The notes under the pieces were generated by a model, which was not told where the DNA came from, searched no databases, and saw only the letters and a list, made by a program, of their open reading frames with translations. Position numbers and translations under genes: made by a program. A stretch of DNA of 30,053 nucleotides. Origin: a virus (taxonomy: Duplodnaviria > Caudoviricetes). Position 1 is the stretch's first letter. Every line of letters starts with the position of its first letter. The stretch is from the IMG/VR virus record IMGVR_UViG_3300017912_003051, positions 1 through 30,053 of that record; one strand, given 5' to 3'. Positions 27,953 through 30,053 of this stretch are shown piece after piece.

Positions 27953-28381
27953 TTACCAAGTTCTACAAGCCCAATATCGTGCCTTGTGTTTTGGGCCAGG
28001 ATTATCACAATTGTGTCTAGCTCTAAAAGATTTTCTTCTTTCTGGATTTGATTTTTTGATACGCATTGTCTTTTCACCACCTTTACCCTTATGTCCAAAA
28101 TTAACCTTGACAACGTTACCTTTTGGATTCTTTACGTAGACCTTGAACTTCTTAACATCACCTTGCATGATTTTGTTAAGTTTTACTTTTCTGCCTTGAT
28201 ACTCAGCCTCTTCCATTGGTTGTTTTTCAAATTCAAAGGTATATCCACATCCCTCACCTAATTCTGTTTCCCAATAGATGTCAACGATTTCCTTGACACA
28301 ATTAGGAACCATTCTATTACCCTTTTTCTTCATACCAATTTGCTGATATCCTACCCAACAAGTTCCACGTTTTTCGTTCAT
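27953..28381 (-). CDS. Basic two-module phage protein (CW.GY...VPNCV module and a DUF6321-like domain)
   Basis: ATG at 28381 follows the upstream stop. Contains CWVGYQQIGMKKKGNRMVPNCVKE, then AEYQGRKV...KVNFG...RRKSFRARHNC...ARYWAC. The family name is from memory. Confidence 0.8.
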   Translation of the reverse strand: MNEKRGTCWVGYQQIGMKKKGNRMVPNCVKEIVDIYWETELGEGCGYTFEFEKQPMEEAEYQGRKVKLNKIMQGDVKKFKVYVKNPKGNVVKVNFGHKGKGGEKTMRIKKSNPERRKSFRARHNCDNPGPKHKARYWACRTW

Positions 28382-28383
28382 GT

Positions 28384-28836
28384 TTACCCTTTCTTCCAAC
28401 TACCGCCAGCAGCTTTATATTTTTTAGCTGCCCAAGCATTAGCATACGCTGATGGATAAACATCAAACTTCTTTTTAGCCTGAGACTTGTAATAAGACCA
28501 CTTACTTGGGTCTGTCGGCACATTCTTTTCAAGGAACATATCAAGCTTTTCCTCTAAGAACGCTTCTTTGACTATTTTTTTAAGTTGTTCGATTTTCACT
28601 TTTTTTCTCTTTTTTCTTGGATGAGAGTGACTCGATTCATCTGTAGGATTTAATCTGTCAACACTCACATTTTTATATAGTTTATTACCAAATTTTATAT
28701 CAACTATTTCAACCTTACCATCTTCATTAAGGGAATGCCAGACTACTTTACCGACACCCTCATTTTTTCGCTTAGGAGACCCCCAAGTCGCATGGTGGAA
28801 TCATTGATGTTGTATGGATTTATTATAAGTGTCCAT
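28384..28836 (-). CDS. Candidate selenoprotein, 150 aa, with an in-frame TGA at codon 12
   Basis: AAGGAGTTAAC-ATG at 28836. Reads MDTYNKSIQHQ-TGA(28803-28801)-FHHATWGSPKRKNEGVGKVVWHSLNEDGKVEIVDIKFGNKLYKN and continues in frame into the 28384..28668 ORF. A SECIS-like hairpin follows the TGA. Confidence 0.75.
28769..28790 (-). promoter_or_regulatory. Bacterial-type SECIS-like hairpin
   Basis: CG-A-CUUGGG [GGUCU] CCUAAG-CG: 8 pairs including one G-U, one bulged A, starting 10 nt after the UGA. The E. coli fdhF SECIS loop also contains GGUCU. Confidence 0.7.
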
Positions 28837-28837
28837 G

Positions 28838-29020
28838 TTAACTCCTTTTTTTCTTTTTTCTTCCTGCACAATGTGCTTTTTGACTGAATCCTTTAGGGTT
28901 ACTACAATCTATACTCTTCTTGTATTTTTGACTCCACTTTTTTTCCTTTATTACTTCGTATAAGTGAAGACAACCACAATCAAATTTTTCTACGAGATAT
29001 CTATGCACCTGTTTTGACAT
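28838..29020 (-). CDS. Small basic Cys-containing protein
   Basis: 60 aa. Leader ending VIKE, then KWSQKYKKSIDCSNPKGFSQKAHCAGRKK. Confidence 0.75.
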   Translation of the reverse strand: MSKQVHRYLVEKFDCGCLHLYEVIKEKKWSQKYKKSIDCSNPKGFSQKAHCAGRKKKKRS

Positions 29021-29363
29021 TTACGGACTTTTGTCCTTTCTTTCTTTCACCACCCTTTTTCGCATCACCAGCTTTTTTCTGTGCCGCTCTTTTTCTTTTG
29101 ACAAAGGATGCTCTACCCTTTGGGCCTAACTTTGCAGCTTTTGCTTTTGACAAACAGGCTGAATATGGTGCACCTTTTTCTGCATCACCACATTTACCTA
29201 ATCTCTTACCAGTAGATGAATACCTATCCCAACCACCACCACCTGCACCGCCAGCACCACCTTTACCAAACCACTTTCTTAAATCTTCATTGGTTGGTAT
29301 GCCACAAAAGATACAACAATTATCTTTTATTAAACGTATTGCTTCTTGAGTTTTTTGATTCAT
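29001..29363 (-). CDS. Small basic Gly/Lys-rich protein
   Basis: 120 aa. Leader with CCIFC ending PTNE, then DLRKWFG...GWDR...KCG...CLSKAKA...KRKRAAQ. Confidence 0.8.
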   Translation of the reverse strand: MNQKTQEAIRLIKDNCCIFCGIPTNEDLRKWFGKGGAGGAGGGGWDRYSSTGKRLGKCGDAEKGAPYSACLSKAKAAKLGPKGRASFVKRKRAAQKKAGDAKKGGERKKGQKSVNVKTGA

Positions 29364-29472
29364 TTTTTTCTAACCATTTTTTATATTGTTTAGCCGTTCT
29401 ACCTTGTTGGGCCAACTTTTTATTAGTCAAAATTCTTTTTCTTTTTCTATCTTTTGCACCTCTATTTGGCAT
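29320..29472 (-). CDS. Very basic 50-aa protein
   Basis: Below the ORF-track cutoff. MPNRGAKDRKRKRILTNKKLAQQGRTAKQYKKWLEKNESKNSRSNTFNKR, with AGGA and the promoter-like 14-mer upstream. It fills an otherwise empty gap. Confidence 0.7.
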   Translation of the reverse strand: MPNRGAKDRKRKRILTNKKLAQQGRTAKQYKKWLEKNESKNSRSNTFNKR

Positions 29473-29479
29473 ATGTCCT

Positions 29480-29493
29480 ACCTATAATAATTA
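29480..29493 (-). promoter_or_regulatory. Putative promoter, TAATTATTATAGGT
   Basis: Identical to 26833-26846 and heads the small basic gene cluster. Confidence 0.55.
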
Positions 29494-29502
29494 TCATTCT
29501 TG

Positions 29503-29742
29503 TTAACTTTTATTGTCCGACTTGCTACCCATCACCTTTTCAACACCAGCGATACCAAAACACCCAAGAGTAATGTATAGGAAACTATTATAAACAAAGT
29601 CATTAATAGGTAATTCTAATCCCATGTAACCTGTTATTAAGTCCACTGCACTATACATTCCCATAATTGTAAATGATAAGAATCCAATAATTGTTTTTTC
29701 GTTGAACTCGTTTTCATCTTTAAATATATCCTTGAAAGCCAT
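29503..29742 (-). CDS. Small two-TM membrane protein, putative holin
   Basis: 79 aa with two hydrophobic segments and a charged C-terminus. Confidence 0.6.
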   Translation of the reverse strand: MAFKDIFKDENEFNEKTIIGFLSFTIMGMYSAVDLITGYMGLELPINDFVYNSFLYITLGCFGIAGVEKVMGSKSDNKS

Positions 29743-29743
29743 T

Positions 29744-30052
29744 TTATCTCCAATCCCTAAGTTTTACTAAGTTGTATGTTATTCCAAATCCCCAAATCGG
29801 TTCTGTTAAACCTGTCACTTGGTTATATGTAACTCCAACCATTGGCCCAAAAGATATTTGGTTTCGTGGTGGTTTTATTTCTAATGGTTTACCCCTACCA
29901 CCGATTAACTTCAAACCATCAAATGATTTATCTGTTATAAATGGTGTATAGGTGTCACCAACTTTCTCTATTTCAGGCACTCCCATCTTTATCTCACCAT
30001 CAAAAGATAGGTTTGTTTCATAATCAACCACCTTATCGTTTTTGATGTTTAC
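29744..30052 (-). CDS. C-terminal part of a hypothetical protein (partial), possibly spanin-like or outer-membrane anchored
   Basis: The frame stays open to the right edge, so the track's GTG start is internal. It ends in amphipathic beta strands (SFGPMVGVTYN...WGFGITYNL) and sits next to the holin-like gene. Confidence 0.55.
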   Translation of the reverse strand, partial: VNIKNDKVVDYETNLSFDGEIKMGVPEIEKVGDTYTPFITDKSFDGLKLIGGRGKPLEIKPPRNQISFGPMVGVTYNQVTGLTEPIWGFGITYNLVKLRDWR

Positions 30053-30053
30053 G

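Noticed and set aside
27952-28113. N-terminal extension of ORF 27730..28113
   Set aside because: It overlaps the motif-rich C-terminus of the upstream gene. The ATG at 27951 directly after that stop is the more plausible start.
28317-28544. 75-aa minus-strand ORF
   Set aside because: It is an alternative frame lying within two better-supported genes.
28384-28668. ORF-track start at GTG 28668
   Set aside because: No RBS precedes it, and the frame is open upstream as far as the TGA with protein-like sequence.
28384-28836. Pseudogene or sequencing error instead of Sec
   Set aside because: Not excluded, but disfavoured. There is a single lesion, the RBS and frame are intact, and a correctly placed GGUCU-loop hairpin follows the codon.
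287-29506. Plus-strand ORFs in the track (e.g. 287-676, 1769-2095, 3795-4094, 14026-14346, 29014-29349)
   Set aside because: They are antisense shadows of well-supported minus-strand genes, with Ser/Phe/Leu-rich composition and no motifs.
1-30053. CRISPR arrays, tRNA (including tRNA-Sec), rRNA, integrase or transposase, intrinsic terminators
   Set aside because: I saw none. Intergenic gaps are under about 90 nt and AT-rich, with no spaced repeats, cloverleaf or GC hairpin plus U-tract.

Overview
This is a 30-kb, AT-rich, densely coding segment of a large tailed dsDNA phage genome with T4-like head-assembly genes. Almost all genes lie on the minus strand. In transcription order (right to left) the window holds: lysis-type membrane genes; a cluster of small basic Cys/His-rich proteins; a Nudix/HExxH protein; a resolvase-like nuclease; a primase; a GT25 glycosyltransferase; a fused Mre11-Rad50; two very large tail/fibre proteins (one with an S74 chaperone, one with a Hint domain); a GH108 endolysin; a 1291-aa multi-enzyme protein; the large terminase; the portal; the prohead protease; and probable internal head proteins. 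Two observations stand out. (1) The ORF track truncates a gene whose real start appears to be an ATG with a strong AGGAG site at 28836. It has an in-frame TGA at codon 12, followed directly by a GC-rich hairpin with a GGUCU loop placed almost exactly like the E. coli fdhF SECIS, so it is a candidate phage selenoprotein. (2) Many genes start with ~10-aa leaders ending in Glu and are built from unrelated modules joined at x-x-E sites. This suggests capsid-targeted polyproteins cut by the prohead protease, with kinase, nucleotidyltransferase, ligase, Nudix and peptidase cargo. All functional calls come from motif recognition by eye; no searches were run.
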